A DNA stretch of 64,000 nt, from assembly GCA_013239625.1 (NCBI GenBank), contig MU054187.1, positions 9,445,231 to 9,509,230 on the forward strand, in the 5' to 3' direction. The DNA is from Lama guanicoe. Lineage: Eukaryota. The notes below the pieces were generated by a model. That model had not been told where the DNA came from. It saw only the letters and a program-made list of their open reading frames with translations, and searched no databases. Below, piece by piece: positions 37,339 through 49,176 of the stretch (position 1 is the stretch's first letter; each line of letters opens with the position of its first letter). Position numbers and translations under genes: made by a program.

Positions 37339-37799
37339 AGGAGCTGAATGAAGCCACAGCTATGGGAGCAAATGTAAACAGAACAAGAAGTGAAAAGCAT
37401 CCCACTCACCCTGGCTTTTTCCCAACAGGACTCTCACTTCCTAATCCTGCCTGTCTTGCTCTGCCCCTCCAGGCGCTTCCATTCCCCAGCAGGCAGGGCT
37501 TTTGAGTATTTAATTGAACCCCAGGGATTCCCTCCCGAGGAGAAACATCTTTGACCAACACTGGGTAAACCCTCCCAGGCAGATGCTCAGGATCTCCTCC
37601 AACCTCAGCCAGACCCCTGGAGTTCAAGGACTCAAAGCCACAGCTGACTCCAGAGCCTGTGCCCTCCATCCACTGCAATGTGCACCTCCCAGAGTATCTC
37701 CTTCTCCCTCTGAAAAGTGAGGGAGTGGTAGACTTCCAAGCACGGAGGACTGCCATTTATCCCTGCTCCCTCCCAAACCTGAAAGTAAATTAAAAAAAA

Positions 37800-38810
37800 A
37801 ATAAAATAAAATGGTATCCAACCAGAAGGAAAGAGAGAATGGGAGAGAAGACAAGAACAGCTATCTTTAAAAGATGGAAACCAGGTGGAAAGTAACTGTC
37901 TTAAAAGAGTGGATGGTATTTCAACCTTAGAGCCTAGAGAAGGAGACTATGGCCAGAGAAGAGCCATGCAGCTTCACAGCCCCTGAGAAGCATAGAGCTC
38001 GAAAGCAAGAGCAGAGAGTGAGGTTAAAAACAGGCAGGTACTTTCAAAACCTATACCAACGGGTTGATCTCCAGCCTCCCTTATCGCACAGTCAATGAAC
38101 AGCCAGGTCACAGATTATCCTTTCCCTACAGGAAACTGGAGGATTATTCTCTAGAGAAAGTGAGCCAGAGAGCCTCTAATTTTAGGGTCACCAGACATAC
38201 AGAAGAAAACAGGATGAAAGGGAAAGCGGACAATGAAAGTATTCCCTCATCCCACTCCCGTAATACCTACAGACAGGTACACACACACGCACCCTCCAGA
38301 GAGGAAGAGGTCGTGGTATTCTAACATACCAGCATTTGGAGATTTGGACAAGCCTTCCACAAGTACCCGGAGCTTCTGACCAACATTTCACTGCCTCCCT
38401 TTATAGTAAAAAGGAACAGCCAGAAATTAAAACACTTAAGAAAAGTGAAGGAAAATGTGAAACATGCAAAAGGGAAAAGGAGACTGGAGAAAAAATGGAA
38501 TTATAGGAAAATGAATCAGATGAGTATGATTATTTTAAAATCATAATCATCTTCAAAAGAATAAGAGAATCCATCACATTCATAACGCAAAACTGGGATG
38601 CTATGAAAAAGGAAGCATCAGAGAATAAGAAAGGCCTGGAAGTTAAAATTATAACCAAATGAAAAATTTAACTGAAGTGTTGAAAGAAAAAAATCTCCAA
38701 GAAAATTAAAAATGGGACCAAAAGAGAATGAGTTGGAAATGAAGAGCAAAAAATAAGAATTACAGGCTCAGTCCAGAAAGTCTATGATTTAAACATTTTT
38801 AAGTTCAGTG
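37800..38810 (+). mobile_element. Very old L1/HAL1-like 5' remnant
   Basis: A-rich decayed ORF1-like text (ggatgctatgaaaaaggaagcatcagagaataagaaag; gctcagtccagaaagtct). Confidence 0.45.
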
Positions 38811-38874
38811 AAGGACCCAGGATAATAAATTTTCTTTGAATTCATTTCAGATAAAAACTATTAATAAAACTGGG

Positions 38875-39150
38875 AAGATTTAGCTGGGAGAAGAATCATC
38901 TTGAAAAGAACTTGGGGCTGTTAGGGGCAAATTAGTGAAGGTTGTCACACAGATGAAAGAACTAGGACCAATGAGCCCAAGTTACAGGGAAACAAATGGT
39001 GTTTAACCCAACACAAGAAGAGCTATTCAATGAGCAGTTCAAAAGTTAAGCTGCTCACAGGAAGTGGTGAGTTTCACAGTAGTGGGAAGTTCCATAACTA
39101 TCCTGAGAGTCCATGAATCTGTGAAATTCCTCTCTCTAATGCTCCTAAAC
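38875..39150 (+). mobile_element. L3/CR1 LINE 3' fragment (another at ~39530-39695)
   Basis: tttagctgggagaagaa...aggaccaatgagcccaagttacagggaaac...aggaagtggtgagttt. Confidence 0.45.
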
Positions 39151-39780
39151 TCTGTGGAGTCTCTCTTCAAATACCTCAACAACTTAGATTCACTTCAAGG
39201 TTGCAAAAGTCTAAAGACCAAAATCCTGTATCTCCAAGTCCCAGAATCATCTCAGCTTTGAACCTCTGCCCTATGTTCCCTGGGCCAACTGCCCTTCTCT
39301 CCTCTCACAAAACTGAAATATGCGTATCATTTTGGGAAAGACTGAGAGGAAGGCATAAGTAAAAACAAGGTTATCACCTCCTTTGATGTCTAGCCCAAGC
39401 AAGGTCCAATTTCCCTCCAGGTGAGTCTCACCCCATTCTGCACAAGCCTTTAACCTCTAGCCTAGTGGCACTTAAATAATCCATTGGAGAATCCATTGCT
39501 GGCATACTGTACTTTCATTTATCCAGAGAGAAAAGCAAAGATCAGTGGATGGATGTTTTCAGGTATCAAGTTTTAGTTTAATAAGAGAAAGAATTTTTTA
39601 ACCATTATTGCTGTCCAGTCAATGAAAGCATTAGAACTGAGGCTAGGTGGATTACTATTAAAGTACCTTCCAACCAGAAGACTGTATACTTCTAAGCATA
39701 CAATGGTGTGGTAATTCCAAATAGAATCAAGGAAGAAAAATCACCTGGGTCTATAATTAAATGAATTTGGGTTGAAATAC

Positions 39781-39890
39781 TTTTGGGGGGGTGGTAATTA
39801 GGTTTATTTGTTTGTTTATATTATTTTTTACTGGGGGTACTGGGGATTGAACCCAAGACCTCTCTACCACTGAGCTATACCCTCCCCCCA
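39781..39890 (-). mobile_element. Camelid tRNA-Ala-derived SINE (Vic-1 type) with 19-nt internal deletion
   Basis: Reverse complement ggggagggtatagctcagtggtagagaggtcttgggttcaatccccagtacc...aaataaacctaattacc; perfect 13-bp TSD tgggttgaaatac at 39768-39780 and 39891-39903. Confidence 0.9.
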
Positions 39891-40623
39891 TGGGTTGAAA
39901 TACCACACACCTGCACTTGCTATAAACACTTTAATTTTAAAAATAAAACAAAAACTTCCATTTCAAATAGCTTTGTTGCTATTTTCTTCACCAAAGGTTA
40001 GTGTGTTTTGGTGATAAATGCTTGCAGTACATTTCAAAGAAACAAGTTTTCTAAGAAGACATACATAGATGACAAACAAAAAACCTAGTCTATAAAACTT
40101 GAAGCGAAATCCCAGAGTGGCAATTATATAACATCCTCTGAAAATGTGTAACAAGGCTTGACCTTGGTTCCTGCTGGCACTTTCAAATCATGAAGAAAAA
40201 AAAAAGAATCACCCAGGAGGGTATTAAATTCAGCACATAGGTGAACATAAAACACAAATGGTGAACATAAGTGAACACAAAACTGTATGTGGAAAAGCAG
40301 CCACCACCAGATCATCCCAATGCTGCTTCCATAGTTAAAACTCTGCCTGTCTGACTCTCCTGCAGGGAGCAATGGTGTCCCACTGAACAACTTCATCCTT
40401 TCAATGACATCAGGCACTTATGTGAAGATTAATGTAGAGGCTTTTGCCAGCCTTCCTGCATATTGCTAAGAGTACACATCTCCTCCAGAAATTTTTCATT
40501 CTCTTCTTTAACAAAGAGCATGATGGTCTCAACCCCTGCCATTTCCTCCTTGATAAACAGAGAACTTGCACACAGGCTGAAAAATGTCATTAGACACGCT
40601 TTCTTTAGTCATGCGATAATCTA

Positions 40624-40637
40624 GTTGCCATGGTAAT
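40624..40637. promoter_or_regulatory. Candidate RFX X-box
   Basis: GTTGCCATGGTAAT versus consensus GTTGCCATGGYAAC (13/14). Confidence 0.4.
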
Positions 40638-41729
40638 CCTTGGTAAACTTGAAAAGTACTTTGGAGGGGTCATTTCTAATGCTTGTTTTTAAAATTCTAG
40701 AACTTTTAAAAGTCATAGTGGATAAAGAGGCTGAAAATGCTTTTATCTTCAATACCTAACCATGGCCTCGCTGAATGGAGCACAGCTATTCACAATATGA
40801 CATCCATTACACCTCTGACAATGATCACTTCATCATTTCCCACCTCAAGATCATTGTTACAGACTGCCCATATCTTCCCAACTGCATGAAAGCATTAACT
40901 CGGGGCTCTGTGGTAGTGAAGGGTATTAATTCATGATATAAGCACTTTCCCTAATAGCCCCCAAAGCTCACAATTGAGCACTGTCACTTTAGCCTTCCAT
41001 TAATTAAAGGCTGACAAAGTGCACTCTGAAGCTGTTTAACAAAGGAACATCAGATAACTCGGGACTTGAACACATGCAGGCTGCTACTCAAGGAAACACT
41101 GCCGGACAGGAGACTCAGATGAGTCATGGCTCTATCCCACTCTGTTCATCAACCATGTCAAGGCCTAAAGAGTTTCAGGAAACACTGTCTGAAAGACTTT
41201 TTGGCTAATAGCCACATTTGACAACTGACCTTTAATCTTTATTTCACATTATCATCATATCATTAGCCAAGGATAATACATGAGCATTTTTCAAATATAA
41301 TTTCATGGACTGAAGTTGTTCTAAAGACTTTTTGTCCCAAGAAAGACACTATTATTAGCTTTACCAGACTCTGACTCTACCTTGGATTTTTCTAAAAAGA
41401 ACTTACTTAAGTAAAATTAATGGTTTCACTAGAACTGAATAAGCAGTCACACACTATTTGTTTCCTTCTTTTCTGCGGGGCTCTCTTGGTCACATTAGAA
41501 TAGAATAACACGCATGAACGAAAGGGCAGGCTACATTGCAGAAGGAGCCCTGACCTGGAAGACAAGAGTCTGCTTTGACCTTAAGCAAACCATTTAATAT
41601 CCCTTTGTTGCCTCATCTGTGTAGATGAGGATTGAACTAAATTGGATAGCATGTGGCTCCAGTCAGTGTAGCTGAAACACAAAGGGAGAAGTGAAATATA
41701 TTCTTAACAAGTACTTTTCTGTACCCTCT

Positions 41730-42030
41730 ACCACCAAATCCTGTTGATTTGACCTCCTAAGTATCTCTCAAATCCATCCCCTTACGTCCATCTTCATTGC
41801 CATCACTTACCATCTGTCACCTGGACTTCTGAAGCAGTTTACTGACTGGTTTCCGTGTCTCTGCTGTGATCTCCAATCTAAATTCCACAATCAGTTTTCC
41901 AAAATCCATTTCTGATCACATCACCTCCTTGCTTAAATAGGCTAGTGAATTACATCCTATTGCTCTTAAGGTAAATGTCAGAATCTTTGAGGAAACCTGG
42001 CCCCTGCCTACCTGGTCCCTGCCTCCCTGG
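41730..42030 (+). mobile_element. L2 remnant
   Basis: caccaaatcctgttgattt...tctctcaaatccatcccc...tctgatcacatcacctccttgcttaaa. Confidence 0.65.
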
Positions 42031-42696
42031 CGAAACCTCATTTTGCCTTAAAGTATTTATTTCTTGCAGGGAGAGTTCAAAACTGAATTTAGTGATTAGT
42101 GGTCACTGATGATCTTATGAAACTGTTATGAGCTCAAAAGCAAGGTTAGAATGAGGAGTCTAAGTCTTTAAAACTTTATTTACACATAACAATTTACCCC
42201 AAAAGAATGTTAAAGAAGAAGTACAAAAGAATACTTGAATGAACCATGTTTAAAAAGAAAAAAAAAACTGGCAGGGTTCTGTTAAAGACCCAAACTACTT
42301 TTCAAATAAAGCTTCAGTGCCTGTCTGCCCACCCTCCACACCCAGGCACAGAGCCCCTTGGTGAAGAATGTATATTCCGTTGGAGAACAGGACAAGCTTT
42401 CATGATTCACAATCCCAACAAACCACCGGAGCCTTATTATTCCTCAGAGTCTAGGCAAGGAAACCACTAGCTGCATGAAACTGTCTTACTGCCAGGACTT
42501 TTGGTGATTAGTCACCATCATGAACATTTGCAGAACACGTTCTATGTCCAAAGGACCATGACATATGCTAGAGCACAAAGAAAAGTCTGGAGGTCAGTTT
42601 AAACTTCTGGAGGGACTACCCTGAGGGGCCTATCATAGGCATGACTGCACGATTCTCCTTCTCAATATGAGCCCCGATGCAGAACCAACCCTTTCA

Positions 42697-42821
42697 TTTT
42701 TTTTATCGAAGTACAGTCAGTTTATAACGTTGTGTCAATTTCTGGTGTACTGTACAATGCTTCAGCCATACATGAATATACATATATTCATTTTCATATT
42801 ATTTTTCACAGTAAGCTACTA
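42697..42821 (-). mobile_element. Short young camelid-type L1 3' end with TSD
   Basis: Poly-T then atcgaagtacagtcagtttataacgttgtgtcaatttctggtgtac; TSD caacccttt at 42686-42694 and 42822-42830, the second followed by an endonuclease-like tttt/aa context. Confidence 0.85.
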
Positions 42822-43111
42822 CAACCCTTTTAAAAAAGATATAATCCCACCTTCAATGGACTGTTAAAGTGTCCAGCATAGTGCTTTATCAAACTGACTG
42901 CTGTCTTATTCCCCATTTTCTCTGCCTTGGCTCCAGGATCTTCTGATTATGAGATCCTGGGATGCTTACTCGCTACCAGGGGTCCTTCTACAGACTCCAG
43001 ACCTATCGCCAAATCCTAGTTCCATAGCTGGGCCTCTGCTTCCTGCTGCTAGAGCGTCTCCCTCCCCCCAAAGCAGGACAATCGTCTGCACACCCATTAG
43101 AATGTCTACCT

Positions 43112-43305
43112 GTTTGGTCATGGAGTCAGGATTCTTGAGTCCCAGTCCCCATTTTGACACTTCTTGGCTATGTGAGCTCAGGCAAGTTGATTACCATTTA
43201 CAGCCTTGGGGTCCCCATCTGCAAAAAGTAGGGTAATAACCCTGTCTCGTGGTGGGATCAAGATGATCAAATGAGATTACCCGGCATCAGTCATACTACA
43301 GGCCC
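43112..43305 (+). mobile_element. MIR SINE
   Basis: ggagtcaggattcttgagtcccag...tgtgagctcaggcaagtt...ccccatctgcaaaa. Confidence 0.7.
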
Positions 43306-44109
43306 TGGACCTTCAAAAGCCTGTTCCACTGTGGACCATCCTCTTCTTCAAATACATGCAACCATCATGTCATCATATCAGATGATGGCTCCACCTGAAA
43401 GTCCTCCTTTGTCCTCACTCCTATTTGGTAACACCCACTCTGAAATAACCCTTATTCCCTTAATGTCACTCTCTCTTACTATCATCTTTAGTTTTCGTCA
43501 GATTCCTCCCTTCCATCCTCCTCTACAACTTTCCGGTTAACATTACTAGTCTAGACTCTTCTAAGAGAAGTGAGGGTAGGAAGGTGAGAGGAGGCTGGGG
43601 AGCCCCATAAAAGTTCCTGGAACACATGCATGAGGAGGGTGGCCGCTGTTTGAACAAACCTCATTAGTTTTCCACCTGCCTTTGTGTGTGTATCTCTCTA
43701 TTGACAGTGATTATGCAAATGTGGTATTTGTTTTAATGAGCACGTCAGGTGTGTTTTGCTGTAATGTTATATATGATTGACTGCGGTGTTAAAGTAACAA
43801 CTTGATGACAACTGCATAAGAATATGCAGAGCTGTGAAAAGAAAAAGAGGTCTGGAAAATATCTCTCTTCTAATAGTGGTACAATCTCTGCTGGACAAAA
43901 GGAGCCTAAATAGTCTCATGACAAGAAGAAAATTCAGATGATGAGGATCCATACCTAGACATTAATTCTGGAAACTCCTTTGGAGGCACAAGAGGGGCCA
44001 GGGCTCCAGTTGGCCAGTTGATTAATCTTAGGGAGGCATCTTCAGACCATTTGTGGACTTTCTGTGGAGCTGTCCAGGATTGGGAAAGGGGCCTGCTTTA
44101 TTCTGGAGA

Positions 44110-44350
44110 TGCAGAATGGCACAGCGGTTTTAGGGTCAGACCATACCTGAGTTTGAATTCTCATTTCTGTTCCTTCTTGCTGCATAATCTTAGAAAAACT
44201 ACTTTCTCTGTGGCTCTTGGCTTTCTTATGTGCAAAGTGTTGATAAAGGATAATGCCTACTTCATGGGGTGTTGTAAGAATTTAATGAGGTACTACCTGC
44301 CAAGCACTTAGCGCAGCACATGGGCCCTCGATAAGCTGTATATGTTATTA
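44110..44350 (+). mobile_element. MIR SINE
   Basis: gtcagaccatacctgagtttgaattc...aatgcctacttcatggggtgttgtaagaattt...aagcacttagcgcag. Confidence 0.75.
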
Positions 44351-46710
44351 GTGGCTAGAACTGCCAAGGCGTTAACTTTCTGTTCACTGTCACAGATGTT
44401 GGAGAGAATATTCAACCCGAAATTTGTCTTCCTATATTTTCCTCCTACCTCAGTTCTCCCTATCCTGACTGCCTCTCTCCACCTGTATCACTCTCTTCTG
44501 AAAGGTACATGTAAGTGACCAAAAGGACAGGAACAACGGATCACTCCTCTCCTGGGCCCAGACAGTTGGCAAGATCAGGGGAGGAGCTTAATGACAAGGA
44601 GGCTCTCTCATGTCAGCTCCTGCTCTTTTATTACACACATTGGGTAGGGAGCCAAGGTAGCCTGCTGGAGAAAGAGCCCCCATCATTCTCTGGGACACAC
44701 ACAGGGCAGCACCAAGGAAACCAACACATCAAAACTGAGTCAGTCACCAAGACAATCACTTTTGATAGAACTCCATTTTCATTTCTTTGATTTCACCATA
44801 TGCATTCTGGTTATCACTCTGACCTTTCCTATCACAACACACCTTTGTACATATTTCACCCTAAAACATAAGGTTCGTAGTGAAGGACCAAACGTCATGG
44901 GCCACCACTCGGCCGTTTTATCTTCCTTCTCCTGACTCTAGGAAAGTATGCTGTGGGAAATGCACAAACAATAGCAACAACAAAATGATGGAACAGCTGC
45001 ATTCTTATGACAAACTACAGTAAGTCTGCAAACATCTGAGCATTTCCTACTGACATAAAGGCAAAAACATATTTCATTGCCTAAAAAGTCTGAGCATTAA
45101 CAAGGGCAATGAGTCTGAACTTTAGGCACACTTTTTCAAACAGTATCCAGGCCCCTCTCAACTTGGGGCCAGCACTGTGGCATTCTGTTCTCTTCAAGCT
45201 GTTCACTTCACTGTTCTTAAAATATCAAATGCTATATATGTATACACACAAAATGGTTTGCCTTGTGAGTTAAGGCCATCTATTCCCTGTACCATCAGTG
45301 GACCAGTGATGGTTTCAGGGTGTGATCAGCTGAGACTGGATATGAATATAGTCTATGCTCTCCTTGGGTTTCCAATCTGTGCTCTTCTTAGGTTTAATTA
45401 AAAAGTGGATTTACATATTTCAAATATTTGAGGATCTTTTGAAACTGAAATATCTAAAATTTTTAGGACAGCTTGGCTTTCAGATCCATAAGAAATTCAA
45501 AAATGTTCTAATAATTAAAGGCTTCAACCTTCTACTTCATTAAAAATTTAGCCAGAATTCCTAATGAAATTAAGTGATTAGAACTTTAACTCATATAACA
45601 TAGGATTAAATGTTTCCAAACCAGGTTGCTTGAAAAGATCCAAAAGGCCTAAATAATCTATTGACAGTCAAGAACTGAAAATCATTTCCAAGCCCCAAGA
45701 ATGATGTTAAGCCGAATGAGCAGAGAAATAATATATAAAGTTAGACACAGGGTTTGAGGCCTTCCCAAGTGGGCAGCACAGTAACACCTCACCCCTCACA
45801 GCAGAAATAGCAATTCATCACCATATGCTACTAACTTTGTTATTTAAGAATAGCATTTAACAAGCTTATTTTAGAATCTGATTCATTATCATTTTTAGGA
45901 AATTTAAAGGCCTTAAACCTCCATACTGTGTGTGATTACACTTAATTAAAGTTCACATCTTTCGCAGAAAGGTGGAACATCAGTTCTAATTTTATGTACT
46001 AGTGTGATCAAGAGCATAATGCATTAGATTGCAGGTCAGGAGACCCAGGTTCTATTTCTGACTTGGTCACTAATTTTCTGACTTTTCTTAAATGCCCCAG
46101 TTTTTCCAACCATAATACATGGGGAGAGTTCATTAGAACTTGTCAGAGTTCATTACAAAAAATTATGTCACCAGCATTCATGAAGTTATCAAACCCAAAC
46201 TGTGTGCTAGACACCATCCTATTGGCTAGAAACACAACAGTGAACAAGAAAGGCATGAGTCCTAACCTCACAGAGCTTACATTTGTTCCAGATATTTTTA
46301 CTGCCATCCAATCACTGATATGATACTTTCAGGAACCACTGAGGACACATGAAGTCACTAAGTCAACCAAGTCAACAAATACTTGTGGAATACTGACAAT
46401 ATGCAAAGCATTGTTCTAGATGAAATGAGAGAAAAAAAAAAGTGTCCCTCACTAGACCTATTGCAGCAAGAGGAGAGAAGTCATGCCATTGTGCGCTGTG
46501 TCCCCAAAGTCTAGCACAGTACCCAAAACTCAGCAGGTGCTCAATATATAATTGTTGAACGATCAAATGAGTGAGCTTGTGAGTGAAAAAAAAAATCATA
46601 AGCCCTACTCTCAAGGAATTAGAATCTAATAGGGACTTGAAAGTATATGTGCATCAACTACAGAAAATCACAGTATATTATAAAAAGGGTACAAAAGAAT
46701 TAAAAGGATG

Positions 46711-47210
46711 AACTCAAACAGATACTTGTACACCAATGTTCACATTATTCACAATAGCCAAAGGTGCAAACAAACCAAATGTTTACTGAAAATGAATGGA
46801 TAAACAAATGTGGTATATCCATACAACTGAATATTATTCAGCCTTAAAAAGGAAAGAAATTCTGACACATGATACAACATGGATGAACCTTGAAGAAATT
46901 ATGTTACATGAAATAAGCCAGACACAAAAGGACAAGTATTGTATGACTGCCCCAATATGAGGTACCTAGAATAGGCAAATTCATAGAGACAGAAGGTAGA
47001 GCGGTGGCTGCCAGGGGACTGGGGGGAGAAGGAATGAGGAATAGTGTTGAATGGGCAGAGAGCTTCTGTTTGGGATGAAGAGAAAGTTCTGGAAATGGAC
47101 AGTGGTGATGGTTATATAATAATGTGAATGCACTTAATGCCACTGATCTGTTCACTTAAAAACAATTTAAATGGCAAATTTTATATTATTTTATTTTGCC
47201 ACCAAAAAAT
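46711..47210 (+). mobile_element. L1MB-type 3' end
   Basis: aactcaaacagatacttgtacaccaatgttc...gaggtacctagaataggcaaattcatagagacagaa...gttctggaaatggacagtggtgatggtt. Confidence 0.9.
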
Positions 47211-47699
47211 AATGATAGTTATAAAAAGACATGAAGGAGTCTGGGAGGCAGTGACAACGTCTGCCTGGCTTCATCAAGAAGAGGGTTCCTAGAGGCGGTA
47301 TCATTTGAGCTTGCTCTTCCTTTTAATGCCTATGAATCAAAGTTTTCACTGTTAACAATAAGAAGCAAGCATTTATGGTTTCCCCAGGTTTATATGGCTC
47401 CTTCTTACACGAGAAGATGGTAAGAGCGATTACTTCTGGGGACAGGCAGTGGGAGTCTGGAGGGTTAGGGATAGGAAATGACTTACTTTTCACTATACAT
47501 TTATTCCTTTATCTTGTACATTTATTCCTTTTTTCTTTGAAAATACTAGTATTAAAATAAATTCTAAAACGAATGACTCCTGATCCTCTTTACAAAGATT
47601 CCCAGTTGGGAGAGAGGCGCAAGAAGAGATCAGAGAGATCTCAAACCTTACAGGTCAATCTCAGTTTTCCGGCTGTTACACTGAATGACATGGGGCTCG

Positions 47700-48215
47700 G
47701 GGCTGAAGAAGGACAGGATGCGGTTTTTATTTTAGAAGAACACTCTGACTGCTGTGTTGAGAACAGATCATAAGGCAACAAGAATGGAAGCAAGGAGACC
47801 AGTAAGGAAACCTGCAATAATTCAGGGAAGAGAAGCTTCAAAGCTCGGACCAGGAGGTAGCAAGGGGTGGGGAAGAATGATCAGATTCTAGATACATTTT
47901 GAAGGCAGAGGCAAAGGGATTTGTGAGCCAACTGGATATGGGATGTGGAAAAAGGAAAATAATTTCCTAGATGACTCCAAGTTTTTTTAGTCTTTTGGCC
48001 TGAGCAGCTGAAAGAATGGTGTTGCCATTAATTGAAACAAGGAAAGCTGTAGGTAGACCAGACTCAGGGGGAGGAGTTTAGTGGCTCTGTGAAGCGGGAG
48101 AAGTATAATTACTTGCATCCAAGCAGACGCATCCAACAGACAGCTGGATGTGCACACTTGGGGTTGAAAAAAGTTCTAGGTTAGGAGTATAAGTTTTGGA
48201 GTCATCATGACCACA
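47700..48215 (-). mobile_element. L2 remnant
   Basis: ctctgactgctgtgttgagaacagat...gatcagattctagatacattttgaaggcagag...ggcctgagcagctgaaagaatgg. Confidence 0.75.
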
Positions 48216-48960
48216 CGAGAAAAGGGCTCTGAACAATGATAAAACATATTTTCCTTTCTTCAACGATGCTTAACATTTTGTAGCTGAAGGAACTGCTTCC
48301 AAAGAGTATGAACAGGAGCATTCACCAAGAAAACAAGTCAAAACCTCTATAATGCTTCCCATTCTTTCATTTGAAAGCAATGCATCTCAAAACATGTCAG
48401 CAGATTCCCTGAATCAGAATAAAACTGACTTTTGTATTTAGCGTAGTTAGTGATTCTCACGCACGCTCAAAACTGAAAACCATCCACTCTGTGTGTGTAA
48501 CTTTGCGGTACAGAGTGTCATTTGGAAATTTCCACTTTTATACCTATAACAACAACTAAGTGTGGGTTACACGTGATGGGCACAGCTTAAGGACAGAGTC
48601 ACTAGGAATTTCTGCCATTCAAGCACTTTATCATAGCCTGACCCATGTTGCATATGACTTACCAATATTCAAGGAAATATATACCTGGGCAATATTCTGA
48701 ATCATCTCCTACACCATCTCCATAGCAACCTCGATCATCCACCTTTATGACGGATCTCTCTTGCTATGAGCTGTAACAACTTTGGATCAGATAAGCATGA
48801 TGTTTCAGGACAGACGCCACTGTTTCTCAGCCATATCTGATTCTCTGGTGTCAACGTTTAGAATTCTGTATTCCCGCAACAGTTTTTCAGCTCTTTGGAG
48901 TCTCAATTTTTTTTTCCTTTACTATTTTTCACTTGCTGATGAAGTTTCAGAGCATATGAG

Positions 48961-49081
48961 GGTGGAGGGTATAGCTCAGTGGTAGAGTGCATGCTTAGCA
49001 GGCATGAGGTCCTGGGTTCAATTCCCAGTACCTTAGTTAAAAATAAATAAATAAACCTAATTATCTCCCCCTAAAAAAAAA
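48961..49081 (+). mobile_element. Camelid tRNA-Ala-derived SINE (Vic-1 type), full length
   Basis: A box tagctcagtgg, anticodon-like arm catgc-ttAGCag-gcatg, B box gggttcaattccc, tail aaataaataaacctaattatctccccct and A run. Confidence 0.92.
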
Positions 49082-49176
49082 GTATATGTATATGTATGAC
49101 TGAAACATTATGCTGTACACCAGAAATAACCGATGAATTGTAAATTGACTATACTTCAATAGATAAATAAATAAAT
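49082..49176 (+). mobile_element. L1 extreme 3' end fused directly to the SINE
   Basis: tatatgtatgactgaaacattatgctgtacaccagaaat...tgactatacttcaat plus (taaa)n tail; homologous to the ends of the L1s at 900-970 and 42697-42780. Confidence 0.85.

Noticed and set aside
48961..49032. tRNA-Ala(AGC) gene
   Set aside because: It carries a SINE-specific tail, an A run and a TSD, its acceptor stem is imperfect, and a second copy lies at 39781; it is a SINE
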